Assembly (NCBI GenBank): GCA_017558115.1
Contig: JAFYWG010000061.1
Coordinates: 83,287 to 147,286, forward strand
DNA: 64,000 nt
Origin: Alistipes sp.
GTDB taxonomy: Bacteria > Bacteroidota > Bacteroidia > Bacteroidales > Rikenellaceae
Direction: 5' to 3'
The position numbers and the translations under genes are program-made. Below, one piece after another: positions 1 to 9,293 of this stretch. A model generated the notes under the pieces. That model was not told the DNA's origin. It was given only the letters and a program-made list of their open reading frames with translations, and made no database searches. The number at the start of each line of letters is the position of its first letter. Positions within the stretch are counted from its first letter, which is position 1.

Positions 1-500
1 GCATCATCTATGGCATCTCGGCATTTGGCTTGGCACAACGTCTCGATATCTCAAATCGCGATGCAAAGGCGCTTATAACCAACTACTTCGAGACATATCC
101 AGGCGTGAAACGATATATGGATGATGCGGTGGCTAAGGCTACGACTGAGGGCTACGTAGAGACGATGTTTGGTCGTAGGCGCACGCTTCACGACATCACA
201 TCCTCAAACCGCACGGTGCGTGGTCTTGCCGAGCGCAACGCCATAAATGCCCCTATTCAGGGCTCTGCGGCCGACATCATGAAGTTGGCGATGGTGGAGA
301 TATACCGCCGCTTCGAGGCTGAGGGCATACGCTCGAAGATGATTATGCAGGTGCACGATGAGGTTGTCATCGACACGCTCAACGAGGAGCTTGAGAGCGT
401 CAAGCGTATAGTCAAGGAGGCAATGGAGAGCGTAGCGACGCTTAGCGTACCTCTTATCGCTGAGGTGAATAGCGCGTCGAACTGGCTCGATGCCCATTAA
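1..500 (+). CDS. polA: DNA polymerase I, C-terminal part (runs off the window start)
   Basis: Pol A motifs IIYGISAFGLA, GYVETMFGRRR, AERNAINAPIQGSAADIMK and QVHDE; stop at 498-500. Confidence 0.97.
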   Translation, partial: IIYGISAFGLAQRLDISNRDAKALITNYFETYPGVKRYMDDAVAKATTEGYVETMFGRRRTLHDITSSNRTVRGLAERNAINAPIQGSAADIMKLAMVEIYRRFEAEGIRSKMIMQVHDEVVIDTLNEELESVKRIVKEAMESVATLSVPLIAEVNSASNWLDAH

Positions 501-588
501 TAGCACTACTCTGCAACCTCTTTTGGTAGGTTCACCCTCAGATTTGGGCGCTTTGCGGGATTTTTGCAGTGGAATAGATAAAATTTAT

Positions 589-596
589 TACCTTTG
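589..596 (+). promoter_or_regulatory. Bacteroidota primary-sigma -7 promoter box (TACCTTTG)
   Basis: Matches TAnnTTTG, has TTTG upstream, and lies about 70 bp before the ATG at 665. Confidence 0.6.
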
Positions 597-664
597 TAAT
601 AGGGAGATACTACGTAGCGTTAGCTATGTGAGTAGATTCAACGATAACTAAACAAAATAGAGTC

Positions 665-2071
665 ATGAAAAGGTCACTTATAATATTGCCGATTGTGGCG
701 GTGGCACTCGCACTCTCGGGATGCACGGCGATGTTCAACTCGTCGTCATATGGCACAAACGACCTCTATAGGACAAACAACCGTGCAGAGGTTGCAGCGC
801 AGCTCAAGGCCGAGGCCGAGGCTGAGCGTCTCGAGGCTGAGGTGCGCAGGGCACAGTGGGAGGCACGTACCGCGCAGGCATATGCCGCTGCTGCCGAGGC
901 TGAGTACTATGCTACGATAAACGACGAACCATCGTACACAAACATCGTGGCAGACGACTACGAGAGCGCCTATGCACGCCGTCTCTATGGCTTCCAGTCG
1001 CCTACATACAAGATGCCCTCGAGCTACTACGACTTGGTTAGCAGCAGCTCGATATACTACGTTACGGCTTTCGACCCCGCCTACTACAACGTTATGGTGT
1101 CGGGAGATCAGGTGTGGGTAGAGCCTAAGTATATCACCTCGATGTTTGGCTCGTGGGGTGCTACAAATGTAACATTTGGCCTATACGCCTCGCCATGGAC
1201 ATATGGCTGGAGCTACCATGTCGATCCCTTCTACTACTCTACATGGGGCTATCCCCACTACTCATGGTACGATTGGAACTGGACGATATGCTACAACCCC
1301 TTCTACTACGATTGGTACTGGTGTAGCCACTACGATCCATACTATCACCACCATCACCACTATCCTGGCTATCACCCTGCGCCACCCCCACCAGGACACC
1401 ACCCAGGATACCATCCAGCACCAGGTCACGGCGACCATGGACGTCCCGTTGGTCCAGGTAATTTGAATGGTACAAGCAATAGAAATACTGGCTCGTACTA
1501 CACGTCGCCCACAAGCAACAAGAACTATGGCTCATCGGGTAGTCGTGGTGGCAGCGGCAGCTATGGCTCTACATCGCAGGGCTTCAACTCTACTAACGTG
1601 CGTGGCGGTAATAGCACGTCGGTGAGATATGATGGCTCGCACACACGTGCTAATGGCGTAAGTGTGTCGGGTTCGTCGAGTGGTAATAGCAACTTCCGCA
1701 CGGGAGGCTCAAGCACCTCAACGTCGACAAATAATAGGCAGAGTAGCACGGTGAATGCTGGCTCATCGAACCGCAATAGCAGCAACAGCAACTTCCGTCA
1801 GGGCAGCACGTCAAACTCTTCAACACGCTCTGGTGGTCAGGTATCTAACTCCTCGTCGTCCTCGTCGCGTAGGAGTTCGACATCGAGCTCATCAAGCTAT
1901 CGCTCTGGCAGCAGCTCGTCAAGTAGTCGCAGTGGCTCGTCATCGTCGAGCTATCGCAGTGGCTCGGGCTCATCGACCAGCCGTAGCAGCTCATCAGGTT
2001 CGTCATCACGCTCAGGCTCCTCTTCGGGCTCGTTCCGTGGCGGCTCATCTGGTAGCAGCAGTCGCAGATAG
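665..2071 (+). CDS. Lipoprotein with Tyr/Trp-rich core, His/Pro segment and long Ser/Gly/Arg low-complexity tail
   Basis: Lipobox LALSGC, HHHHHH run, PGYHPAP twice and a ~190-aa S/G/R/N-rich tail; sits directly upstream of a FadL-like gene. Confidence 0.8.
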   Translation: MKRSLIILPIVAVALALSGCTAMFNSSSYGTNDLYRTNNRAEVAAQLKAEAEAERLEAEVRRAQWEARTAQAYAAAAEAEYYATINDEPSYTNIVADDYESAYARRLYGFQSPTYKMPSSYYDLVSSSSIYYVTAFDPAYYNVMVSGDQVWVEPKYITSMFGSWGATNVTFGLYASPWTYGWSYHVDPFYYSTWGYPHYSWYDWNWTICYNPFYYDWYWCSHYDPYYHHHHHYPGYHPAPPPPGHHPGYHPAPGHGDHGRPVGPGNLNGTSNRNTGSYYTSPTSNKNYGSSGSRGGSGSYGSTSQGFNSTNVRGGNSTSVRYDGSHTRANGVSVSGSSSGNSNFRTGGSSTSTSTNNRQSSTVNAGSSNRNSSNSNFRQGSTSNSSTRSGGQVSNSSSSSSRRSSTSSSSSYRSGSSSSSSRSGSSSSSYRSGSGSSTSRSSSSGSSSRSGSSSGSFRGGSSGSSSRR

Positions 2072-2149
2072 GACTATTTAGGGGGTATGCCGCATATCGC
2101 TGGCATACTCTCTATTGTAATATTATACTTAACGTATAAACCTTTGATT

Positions 2150-3823
2150 ATGAAACGTTTTTACATAGCTATTATGGTGGTTGCGGTATCGCTGTTTGCT
2201 GCGCCACGCCTCTCGGCACAGGACTTCGGAGGTGTCAACTTCAACAACGAGATTTTGACATGGAGCGACGTCCACAACCTATCGTTCACGGCGCATAACT
2301 ATGGTACGGCGCGTAGTATGGGTATGGGTAACGCCTTCACGGCTCTTGGTGCTGACCTTACGTCGGCTATGCTCAACCCCGCGGGTATAGGTATGTACGT
2401 GGAGAGCGATATCAGCATCTCGGCTATTGGCCAGTTCACAAAGTCGAAGACGGCGGGTAGCGAGCCCTACTACGAAAAGGGTACTGCCAAGTGGCAGCAG
2501 GACTTCTACGACCACACCGAGCGCCTCGGTCTCTCGAGTGTTGGTGGAGTGTTTACGGCATACCGTAGCACGGGAGCCTTGACGAACCTCAACGTGGGCG
2601 TCGTATATAACCGCATCGCCGACTTCAACTACAGCTCTTTGGGTGCTTCGCGCAACCAGTATGCTGTGAACTCTATGGCCAACTTCTTCTGCACCTTGTC
2701 GAATGTCGATGGCTTGCAGACAACGGCCGATGGTAAGATGGACTTCGGCAATCCATATTTCGATGGCGCAACATTGGCATACTACAATGGCCTTACAAAT
2801 AAGGATGGCGAGGGTTGGTTTATCGACCGCATCGGTGGCGATGCTCTTGTTGATCAGTTCTCATCTATCGATGTGCGTGGCTCGTTGGGTGAGTACGACT
2901 TTAGCGTGGGTATGAACTTCGCAGATATCGTATATGTGGGTGCTACAGTCGGCATTCAGAGCCTCAACTATAAGCGTAGCGTCTTCTATGGCGAGAACTA
3001 CCTCTATCCCAATGGCTACCCCTCATACCAAGATATGCCCAACCAGCTCGACTATATGAACTATGTGCAGCGCACACAGCTCTCAGGTACGGGAATCAAC
3101 TTCAAGGTCGGTGTTACCGTGCGCCCCGTGCACTGGTGGCGCGTGGGTGTCGCATACCATACGCCTACCTATATGAATACTACACTTGTATATGGTAGTG
3201 ATATGTGGTCGGATACATATAGCGCAGGCGATAAACTCAACTACGTCAATGAGGCCTCACCCCGCTTAGAGAATAGTGGCAAGAACTCGTGGGACTATAC
3301 CTCACCCTCGCGCCTTTTGTTCGGTACGGCCTTTACACTCGGTGGCAGAGTCATTGTCTCGGCAGACTACGAGCATAGCTGGTACCAGTCTGTAGCTCTA
3401 CACAATGCTCCACGCTATTTGGATAACTTCAAATACAACCTTGACTATAAGGGTATCTCTAAGGAGATCTTCCAGAGTGGTAGCACAGTGCGTGCAGGTG
3501 TCGAAGGCTATGTATTGCCCTTCTTGGCACTGCGTGCAGGCTATATTTGGAGCGGTAACACCCTTCGTGAGGGCTGGGAGGATCTCATCGCTGGCCACCA
3601 GATTCCCACACGCCAGGAGTTTATCACCGCGGGTGTAGGCATCAAGTTCAACCAGATGGTATACCTCGACTTGGCATACCAGTATAGCACCACCAACTAT
3701 ACTAAGCATCAGACATTCTACTATGTCGACCCCGTAGATGCGGCGTTGGATTTCGGCAGTAAGGTGTTCCAGGACAATGTAACTCGCCATATCGCTGTCG
3801 TAACCCTCGGTTTGCGCTTCTAA
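2150..3823 (+). CDS. OmpP1/FadL-family outer-membrane transporter
   Basis: Signal peptide from MKRFYIA (ATG at 2150), hatch motif GTARSMGMGNAFTALGAD...NPAG, alternating beta-strands and C-terminal LGLRF. Confidence 0.88.
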   Translation: MKRFYIAIMVVAVSLFAAPRLSAQDFGGVNFNNEILTWSDVHNLSFTAHNYGTARSMGMGNAFTALGADLTSAMLNPAGIGMYVESDISISAIGQFTKSKTAGSEPYYEKGTAKWQQDFYDHTERLGLSSVGGVFTAYRSTGALTNLNVGVVYNRIADFNYSSLGASRNQYAVNSMANFFCTLSNVDGLQTTADGKMDFGNPYFDGATLAYYNGLTNKDGEGWFIDRIGGDALVDQFSSIDVRGSLGEYDFSVGMNFADIVYVGATVGIQSLNYKRSVFYGENYLYPNGYPSYQDMPNQLDYMNYVQRTQLSGTGINFKVGVTVRPVHWWRVGVAYHTPTYMNTTLVYGSDMWSDTYSAGDKLNYVNEASPRLENSGKNSWDYTSPSRLLFGTAFTLGGRVIVSADYEHSWYQSVALHNAPRYLDNFKYNLDYKGISKEIFQSGSTVRAGVEGYVLPFLALRAGYIWSGNTLREGWEDLIAGHQIPTRQEFITAGVGIKFNQMVYLDLAYQYSTTNYTKHQTFYYVDPVDAALDFGSKVFQDNVTRHIAVVTLGLRF

Positions 3824-3834
3824 GTATAGAAAGA

Positions 3835-4152
3835 ATGTTTAATACAGAAGTAAGAATTATGGGAAAGTATTTTGTATCTATCGTCAAGGTTAACAAAACA
3901 AAGAAGACGACAGTAATTACTGGTGATTTCTTTGATAGTAAAGAAGAGGCTTTTCAGAACGTAGCGGATTTTGAACATGAGTTATACCAAAAATGCAAGT
4001 TGGGTGGTTGTCCGTATACAGAGAATTATGGCTTTCAGTTTGAAGGTGATTTTGTATTGAGTGTTGACGTTTTAGATGTTGATACCATTGACCCTGAAAA
4101 TAGTGATGAATTGACTTATACAGTGTATGCTACTCCTTGTGGCGACAATTAG
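3835..4152 (+). CDS. AT-rich orphan hypothetical protein (start may be 3859)
   Basis: Uninterrupted 105-aa ORF, clearly more AT-rich than flanking genes, with no recognisable motif. Confidence 0.6.
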   Translation: MFNTEVRIMGKYFVSIVKVNKTKKTTVITGDFFDSKEEAFQNVADFEHELYQKCKLGGCPYTENYGFQFEGDFVLSVDVLDVDTIDPENSDELTYTVYATPCGDN

Positions 4153-4198
4153 TGACATTCAGGGACACCAAATTTCGTTAGAGTATTGAGTGAAAAGA

Positions 4199-4249
4199 TT
4201 AGGGAATCTAAGGAGGGGTATATAGCCCAAAGCTCCTTAAATTCCCTAA
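4199..4249. repeat. Imperfect inverted repeat (REP-like or bidirectional terminator)
   Basis: TTAGGGAATCTAAGGAG (4199-4215) pairs with CTCCTTAAATTCCCTAA (4233-4249), one mismatch; lies between convergent genes. Confidence 0.65.
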
Positions 4250-4273
4250 ATTCATTAATCCAGTTTCCTCTGC

Positions 4274-5701
4274 CTATATCTGCTTACGCATGCGGGCTAC
4301 GGGGATGTCGAGCATCTCGCGGTACTTTGCCACCGTGCGGCGGGCAATGCGGTAGCCCTTATCGTTGAGGATGTCCATAAGGTTCTCGTCCGTAAGCGGG
4401 TGGCGCTTGTCCTCACTATCGATGCACTCCTGCAAGATGGTCTTAATCTCGTGGCTCGAGACCTCCTCGCCCGAGGTTGTCTGCATACCCTCCGAGAATA
4501 GCGATTTCAATAGTATAATGCCGAAGGGGGTTTGGATGTATTTGCTATTCACTACACGCGAAATTGTCGATACGTCGAGCTCTGTGCGGTCGGCGATATC
4601 CTTCAAAATCATCGGTTTAAGCTTGCTCTTGTCGCCCTCCTGGAAGTATTCGCGCTGGAAGTCGAGGATGGTCTGCATGGTGCGCATAAGGGTGTCGTGG
4701 CGCTGCTTGATAGCCGAGATAAACCACTTTGCCGAGTCTATCTTCGACTTAACGAACTGCACAGCCTCCTTATCCTCTGCCTTAATCGTGCCGTCGGGGG
4801 CCACCATGTCGCGCATCATATCGCGGTAGCGGCGCGAGATACGCACCTCGGGAATATTCGACGAGTTCATCGCAAGGCGTAGCTCGCCATCCGTGGTGTC
4901 GAGCACAAAGTCGGGGGTGATATATGGCGTGGTGTCGATGCCTCCCTCAACATGGAGGTTACCAGGCTTAGGCGAGAGTGTACGGATGTACTCTATAGCC
5001 TCGCGGAAGGCCTCCTCCGAGGTGCCGAGGCGTGCAATGAGCTTCTCGTAGTGCTTCTTGGCGAAGGCCTCGAAGTGGTGGCTAACAATCTTGAGCGCAA
5101 GGTGCTTAGCACTAGTGTCGAGCATCTGGCGGCGCATCTGTAGAAGCAGGCACTCCTGCAATGTGCGTGCACCAATGCCTGCGGGCTCGAGCTCCTGCAC
5201 GACGTGTAGGATGCGCTCTATCTCCTCGACCGAGACATCCATGCTGCGTGTGAAGGCGAGGTCGTCCGAGAGCGACACAAGGTCACGGCGCAGGTAGCCA
5301 TCATCGTCGAGGCTACCGACGATATATGCTGCTACGATAAGCTCCTCGTCGCTGAGCGAGCGGAAGCGCAATTGCTCCATAAGGGTCTCGCCAAGCGAGT
5401 GTGACTCGGTGATATATACGGGGCGCTGCTTGTCGTCCTTCGAGAAGTTGTTGACGCGCGCCTTATATGAGGGTGTCTCATCCTCCTTGCCGAGGTACTC
5501 CTCCACCGATATCTTCTCGGGGGCTTCATCACTGTCGTTGTGTGCTTCAACATCCTCCTCGAGGACTATGTTCTCCTCGATTTCACGCTTGATGCGCTCC
5601 TCGAGTTGCATTGCGGGGAGCTCGAGTAGCTTAATCATCTGTATTTGCTGCGGCGATATCTTCGTCTGCAGCTGGATGGTCTGTTGAAGTCTATTTGCCA
5701 T
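4274..5701 (-). CDS. rpoN: RNA polymerase sigma-54 factor
   Basis: Gln-rich N-terminus, HTH region DIADRTELDVSTISRV and RpoN box ARRTVAKYRE. Confidence 0.97.
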   Translation of the reverse strand: MANRLQQTIQLQTKISPQQIQMIKLLELPAMQLEERIKREIEENIVLEEDVEAHNDSDEAPEKISVEEYLGKEDETPSYKARVNNFSKDDKQRPVYITESHSLGETLMEQLRFRSLSDEELIVAAYIVGSLDDDGYLRRDLVSLSDDLAFTRSMDVSVEEIERILHVVQELEPAGIGARTLQECLLLQMRRQMLDTSAKHLALKIVSHHFEAFAKKHYEKLIARLGTSEEAFREAIEYIRTLSPKPGNLHVEGGIDTTPYITPDFVLDTTDGELRLAMNSSNIPEVRISRRYRDMMRDMVAPDGTIKAEDKEAVQFVKSKIDSAKWFISAIKQRHDTLMRTMQTILDFQREYFQEGDKSKLKPMILKDIADRTELDVSTISRVVNSKYIQTPFGIILLKSLFSEGMQTTSGEEVSSHEIKTILQECIDSEDKRHPLTDENLMDILNDKGYRIARRTVAKYREMLDIPVARMRKQI

Positions 5702-5722
5702 AAATCGTGTAAGTCGCTAATT

Positions 5723-5753
5723 AAAAAACGGTCGGCCTTGGGCCGGCCGTTTT
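5723..5753 (-). terminator. Intrinsic terminator after asnS
   Basis: GC-rich stem ACGGTCGGCC/GGCCGGCCGT followed by T6 on the minus strand. Confidence 0.75.
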
Positions 5754-5767
5754 ATTAGGCATATCGC

Positions 5768-7156
5768 TTAGAACTCTGCATTCTTTGGAGTACGTGGGAA
5801 GGGGATAACATCGCGGATGTTGCCCATGCCTGTAACGAAGAGAAGCAGACGCTCGAAGCCCAAGCCGAAACCTGAGTGTGGCGCCGAACCCCAACGACGT
5901 GTGTCGAGGTACCACCAAAGCTCCTTGCGGCTCATGCCCAACTCGTCTACTCTTGCACAAAGCTTGCCAAAGTCTGCCTCACGCTCCGAACCACCGATAA
6001 TTTCGCCAATCTGGGGAAACAAAACGTCCATAGCACGCACGGTCTTGCCATCCTCGTTCTGCTTCATATAGAAGGCCTTAATCTCCTTAGGATAGTTGAT
6101 AAGGATAACGGGACGCTTGAAGTGCTCCTCAACGAGGTAGCGCTCGTGCTCAGACTGAAGGTCGCAGCCCCACTCGCATGGGAACTCGAACTTCTTGCCC
6201 GAAGCCTTCAAAATCTCGATACCCTCGGTGTAGTCGAGGCGTACGAAGTCGTTGTCCAAGACGAACTGGAGGCGCTCCAAGAGGCCCTTGTCCCACATCT
6301 TGTTCATGAACTCGAGGTCCTCGCGGCAGTTCTCCATAGCGTAGCGGATGAGGTACTTGAGGAAGTCCTCAGCGAGGTCCATGTCGTCCTGCAACTCGTA
6401 GAACGCCATCTCGGGCTCAATCATCCAGAACTCTGCCAAGTGGCGAGGAGTGTTAGAGTTCTCGGCACGGAAAGTAGGACCGAAGGTGTAGATCTGGCCG
6501 AGTGCCAATGCACCAAGCTCACCCTCGAGCTGACCCGATACTGTAAGGCTACAGTGCTTGCCAAAGAAGTCCTGAGTGTAGTCTACTGTGCCATCCTCGT
6601 TGCGGGGAGGATTCTGCATGTCGAGTGTCGATACGTTGAACATTGCACCAGCACCCTCGCAGTCTGAAGCGGTGATAAGTGGGGTGTGCAAGTAGTAGAA
6701 ACCGCGATCGTTGAAGTACTTGTGGATGGCAAATGCCATGGCGTGACGGATGCGGAGCACAGCACCAAAGGTGTTGGTACGTGGACGCAAGTATGCGATG
6801 TCGCGCAAGAACTCCAATGAGTGACCCTTCTTCTGCAATGGATAAGTCTCAGGGTCGGCAGTGCCATATATCTCAATCTTTGACGCCTGAACCTCTACGC
6901 CCTGGCCCTGACCGAGTGATGCTACGAGTGTACCATCAACGCGCAAGCAAGCGCCAGTGGTTACGCCCTTGAGCTCTGCCTCGTCAATCTTTGTGAGGTC
7001 TACTACGACCTGAATGTTAGCAACGCAAGAACCATCGTTGAGCGCGATGAATGCTACGTTCTTGTTGCCACGCTTGGTTCTTACCCAACCCTTTACGGTG
7101 ATCTCTCTGCCGTCGCCCTCCATCTTGAGGATCTCGGCGATACGTGTAAGTTTCAT
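5768..7156 (-). CDS. asnS: Asparagine--tRNA ligase
   Basis: OB-fold [38 protein letters not shown] and GFGLGFERL. Confidence 0.98.
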   Translation of the reverse strand: MKLTRIAEILKMEGDGREITVKGWVRTKRGNKNVAFIALNDGSCVANIQVVVDLTKIDEAELKGVTTGACLRVDGTLVASLGQGQGVEVQASKIEIYGTADPETYPLQKKGHSLEFLRDIAYLRPRTNTFGAVLRIRHAMAFAIHKYFNDRGFYYLHTPLITASDCEGAGAMFNVSTLDMQNPPRNEDGTVDYTQDFFGKHCSLTVSGQLEGELGALALGQIYTFGPTFRAENSNTPRHLAEFWMIEPEMAFYELQDDMDLAEDFLKYLIRYAMENCREDLEFMNKMWDKGLLERLQFVLDNDFVRLDYTEGIEILKASGKKFEFPCEWGCDLQSEHERYLVEEHFKRPVILINYPKEIKAFYMKQNEDGKTVRAMDVLFPQIGEIIGGSEREADFGKLCARVDELGMSRKELWWYLDTRRWGSAPHSGFGLGFERLLLFVTGMGNIRDVIPFPRTPKNAEF

Positions 7157-7223
7157 AAATCTTATATCGTTTTATATATTATTTCCTCTGTCGTCTACGT
7201 TGGTATAACGTCACAATAGGTCA

Positions 7224-7280
7224 CAAAATTACTAATTTTTTTACAAACGATTGCACACTTATCGCTTTTTTGTATCTTTG
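7224..7280. promoter_or_regulatory. Divergent -7 promoter boxes for asnS and the GH2-like gene
   Basis: TAATTTTG on the minus strand (7224-7231) and TATCTTTG on the plus strand (7273-7280). Confidence 0.55.
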
Positions 7281-7295
7281 TCATAAATTAGAGTT

Positions 7296-8627
7296 ATGAA
7301 AAAGAGCTTTTTCTATCCAATATTTGCCTTTTTGGCACTCCTCACGTCGTTCGACGTGGCCTCGGCACAGGCCGTAATTAGCCGCACGGAGTTTGTATGC
7401 TTCGATAAGCGTAACGACGCTCAGAGCGACACCCGCACAAATAACGACAAATATATCGAGCTACGCCCCACGCTCCAGTTCGAGGGTGAGGGTAGTGTGA
7501 GCGCAGTATATGAGCAGGAGATTGTAGTGCCTGCATCGTGGAACGACTACAATGCCTACCTCCACACCGAGAACGTTGGTGGCGACTACACCATCTTTGT
7601 AAATGGCACGCAGATTACTTCGGCTATAGACCGCTATACCCCCACCGAGATATACCTTTCACCCTACCTCGACCAGGGAAAGAATGTCGTTGCCGTGGTG
7701 GTTGTCGCAGAGCCATATATGGATGCCGTTGCCGAGGGCTTGGTGCAGCCCGTGCGTAAGCAGTTCGACAACTGCTACATCTTCGCACAGCGCCGCCTGG
7801 GTGTCTACGACTTCAATGTGCGCCTCCAGCCCGACTCGTTGGCACGCTTTGCGGAGCTTAAGCTCGACGTGTTGGTCGACAACTCCTTCTCTTCGGATGA
7901 GGTTATAGAGGTGGGCTACGACATCTACGCTCCCGATGGCAAACTTATGGAGTATAGCATCAACGACCTTGCGTTGGAGATGTTCACGCGCGACACCTTG
8001 AACTTTAGCCCCTATATCTACAACTCGAACCCCAACCGCTGGAGCCCAGCTAACCCCAAGCTCTACGACCTTACGCTCTATGTTAAGCGTAGCGGCATCT
8101 TGTGGGAGTATATACCCTTGAAGGTGGGCTTTGCCGATTATGGCTATACCGAGAGTGGTGAGATTACGGCATTTGGTAAGGCCTTGACACTAAAGAAGGA
8201 GGTATACAATGCTGCGGCAGATAGGGCTACTACCGAGCGTGAGATTAAGGCCTTGAAGCAGCGTGGCATAAACTGCCTCACGCCCGACTATCCCCAGCCC
8301 CGCTGGTTCTACGATATTTGCGACAGAGTGGGCATCTACGTCATTGACTGCGCCGCTGTGGCTTCGCCCTCGTGTGCAGATAACCGCGCCATTGGTGGCA
8401 CACCCGCCAATGCACCCGAGTTGGTGGATGAGTACTTGCGACGTGTTGAGACTATGTACCACCGCGCACAGAACCATGTGTGTATCATAGCCTTCTCGCT
8501 CGGCAAAAAGGCGGGCAATGGTTATAACCTTTATAAGGCCTACGAGCTTCTAAAGTCTAAAGGCGACAGCCGCGCCATAATATATGAGGATGCCGATGGC
8601 GAATGGAACACAGATGTGATTGAATAA
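7296..8627 (+). CDS. Secreted GH2 (beta-galactosidase-like) protein, short and probably catalytically inactive
   Basis: Signal peptide and LacZ-like segments (YLHTENVGGDYTIFVNG, WSPANPKLY, FYDICDRVGIYVID, NHVCIIAFSLGKKAGNGYN); the usual WSLGNE reads FSLGKK. Confidence 0.8.
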   Translation: MKKSFFYPIFAFLALLTSFDVASAQAVISRTEFVCFDKRNDAQSDTRTNNDKYIELRPTLQFEGEGSVSAVYEQEIVVPASWNDYNAYLHTENVGGDYTIFVNGTQITSAIDRYTPTEIYLSPYLDQGKNVVAVVVVAEPYMDAVAEGLVQPVRKQFDNCYIFAQRRLGVYDFNVRLQPDSLARFAELKLDVLVDNSFSSDEVIEVGYDIYAPDGKLMEYSINDLALEMFTRDTLNFSPYIYNSNPNRWSPANPKLYDLTLYVKRSGILWEYIPLKVGFADYGYTESGEITAFGKALTLKKEVYNAAADRATTEREIKALKQRGINCLTPDYPQPRWFYDICDRVGIYVIDCAAVASPSCADNRAIGGTPANAPELVDEYLRRVETMYHRAQNHVCIIAFSLGKKAGNGYNLYKAYELLKSKGDSRAIIYEDADGEWNTDVIE

Positions 8628-8738
8628 AAAGTCTATTTTGTCGTTACGCTCGCCCTCAAAATGCTCATTTGCGCATAAGTAAACTCCGCTTTTTCGGGCT
8701 TCGCAAGCCTAAAACTAGATCTTTTTCTTCAATCCCAT
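8614..8738. mobile_element. ~125-bp MITE-like palindromic element (ERIC size class) overlapping the GH2 stop codon
   Basis: Imperfect terminal inverted repeats ATGTGATTGAATAAAAAGTCTATTTT / AAAACTAGATCTTTTTCTTCAATCCCAT and a central TTTGC-GCATAA-GTAAA hairpin. Confidence 0.7.
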
Positions 8739-8766
8739 AAAGTTGTGGGTGGTTGCAAAATAAAGA

Positions 8767-8795
8767 GAGCGAGGTCGATGCCTCGCTCGTTTTTT
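8767..8795. terminator. Intrinsic terminator, probably bidirectional
   Basis: GAGCGAGG-TCGATG-CCTCGCTC followed by T6, A-rich on the other side; between convergent genes. Confidence 0.75.
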
Positions 8796-8808
8796 GTTGT
8801 ATAGCATC

Positions 8809-9282
8809 CTACTCGTGGTGGTAGGGTTCGTTTTTTAGGATGGTGAAGGCGCGGTAGAGCTGCTCGGTGAAGATGGCGCGCACAATCTGGTGCGAGAAGG
8901 TCATCTTCGAGAGCGAAAGCTTGCTATTGGCACGCTGGTAGACGGCATCAGAGAAGCCATAGGGGCCACCAATAACAAATACCAAGCGCTTCGTGCCCGC
9001 CGACATGCGCTTTTGCAGTAGGTCGGCAAACTCTATCGAGCGTAGCTCCAAGCCATGCTCATCCAAGAGCATAAGGTGGTCCGAATCGGTGACAAGGCGT
9101 AGAATTGCCTCGCCCTCCATGCGCTTCTGTTCCGCAGCCGAGAGGTTTTTCGTATTACGCACATCGGCAAGGGTGGTGATGGCGAACTTAACGTAGTGGT
9201 TCAGGCGCTTGGTGTACATCGCAACTAATGCCTCGACCTCTTTCATGTCGGTCTTGCCGACAACAATCAACTCTATATTCAT
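8809..9282 (-). CDS. rlmH: 23S rRNA pseudouridine1915-N3 methyltransferase
   Basis: SPOUT motifs LLDEHG, FVIGGPYGF, LSLSKMTFSHQ and EQLYRAFTILKNEPYHH. Confidence 0.96.
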   Translation of the reverse strand: MNIELIVVGKTDMKEVEALVAMYTKRLNHYVKFAITTLADVRNTKNLSAAEQKRMEGEAILRLVTDSDHLMLLDEHGLELRSIEFADLLQKRMSAGTKRLVFVIGGPYGFSDAVYQRANSKLSLSKMTFSHQIVRAIFTEQLYRAFTILKNEPYHHE

Positions 9283-9293
9283 GGTCGCAGCCT

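Noticed and set aside
1845-2070. DNA tandem repeat/VNTR in the Ser-rich tail
   Set aside because: Ser codons are mixed (TCN and AGY), so the repetition is at protein level rather than an exact DNA repeat.
8809-9293. SCC-like integration of the BGC at rlmH
   Set aside because: The cluster lies at the 5' side of rlmH, not the 3' end, with no recombinase or direct repeats and host-like composition.
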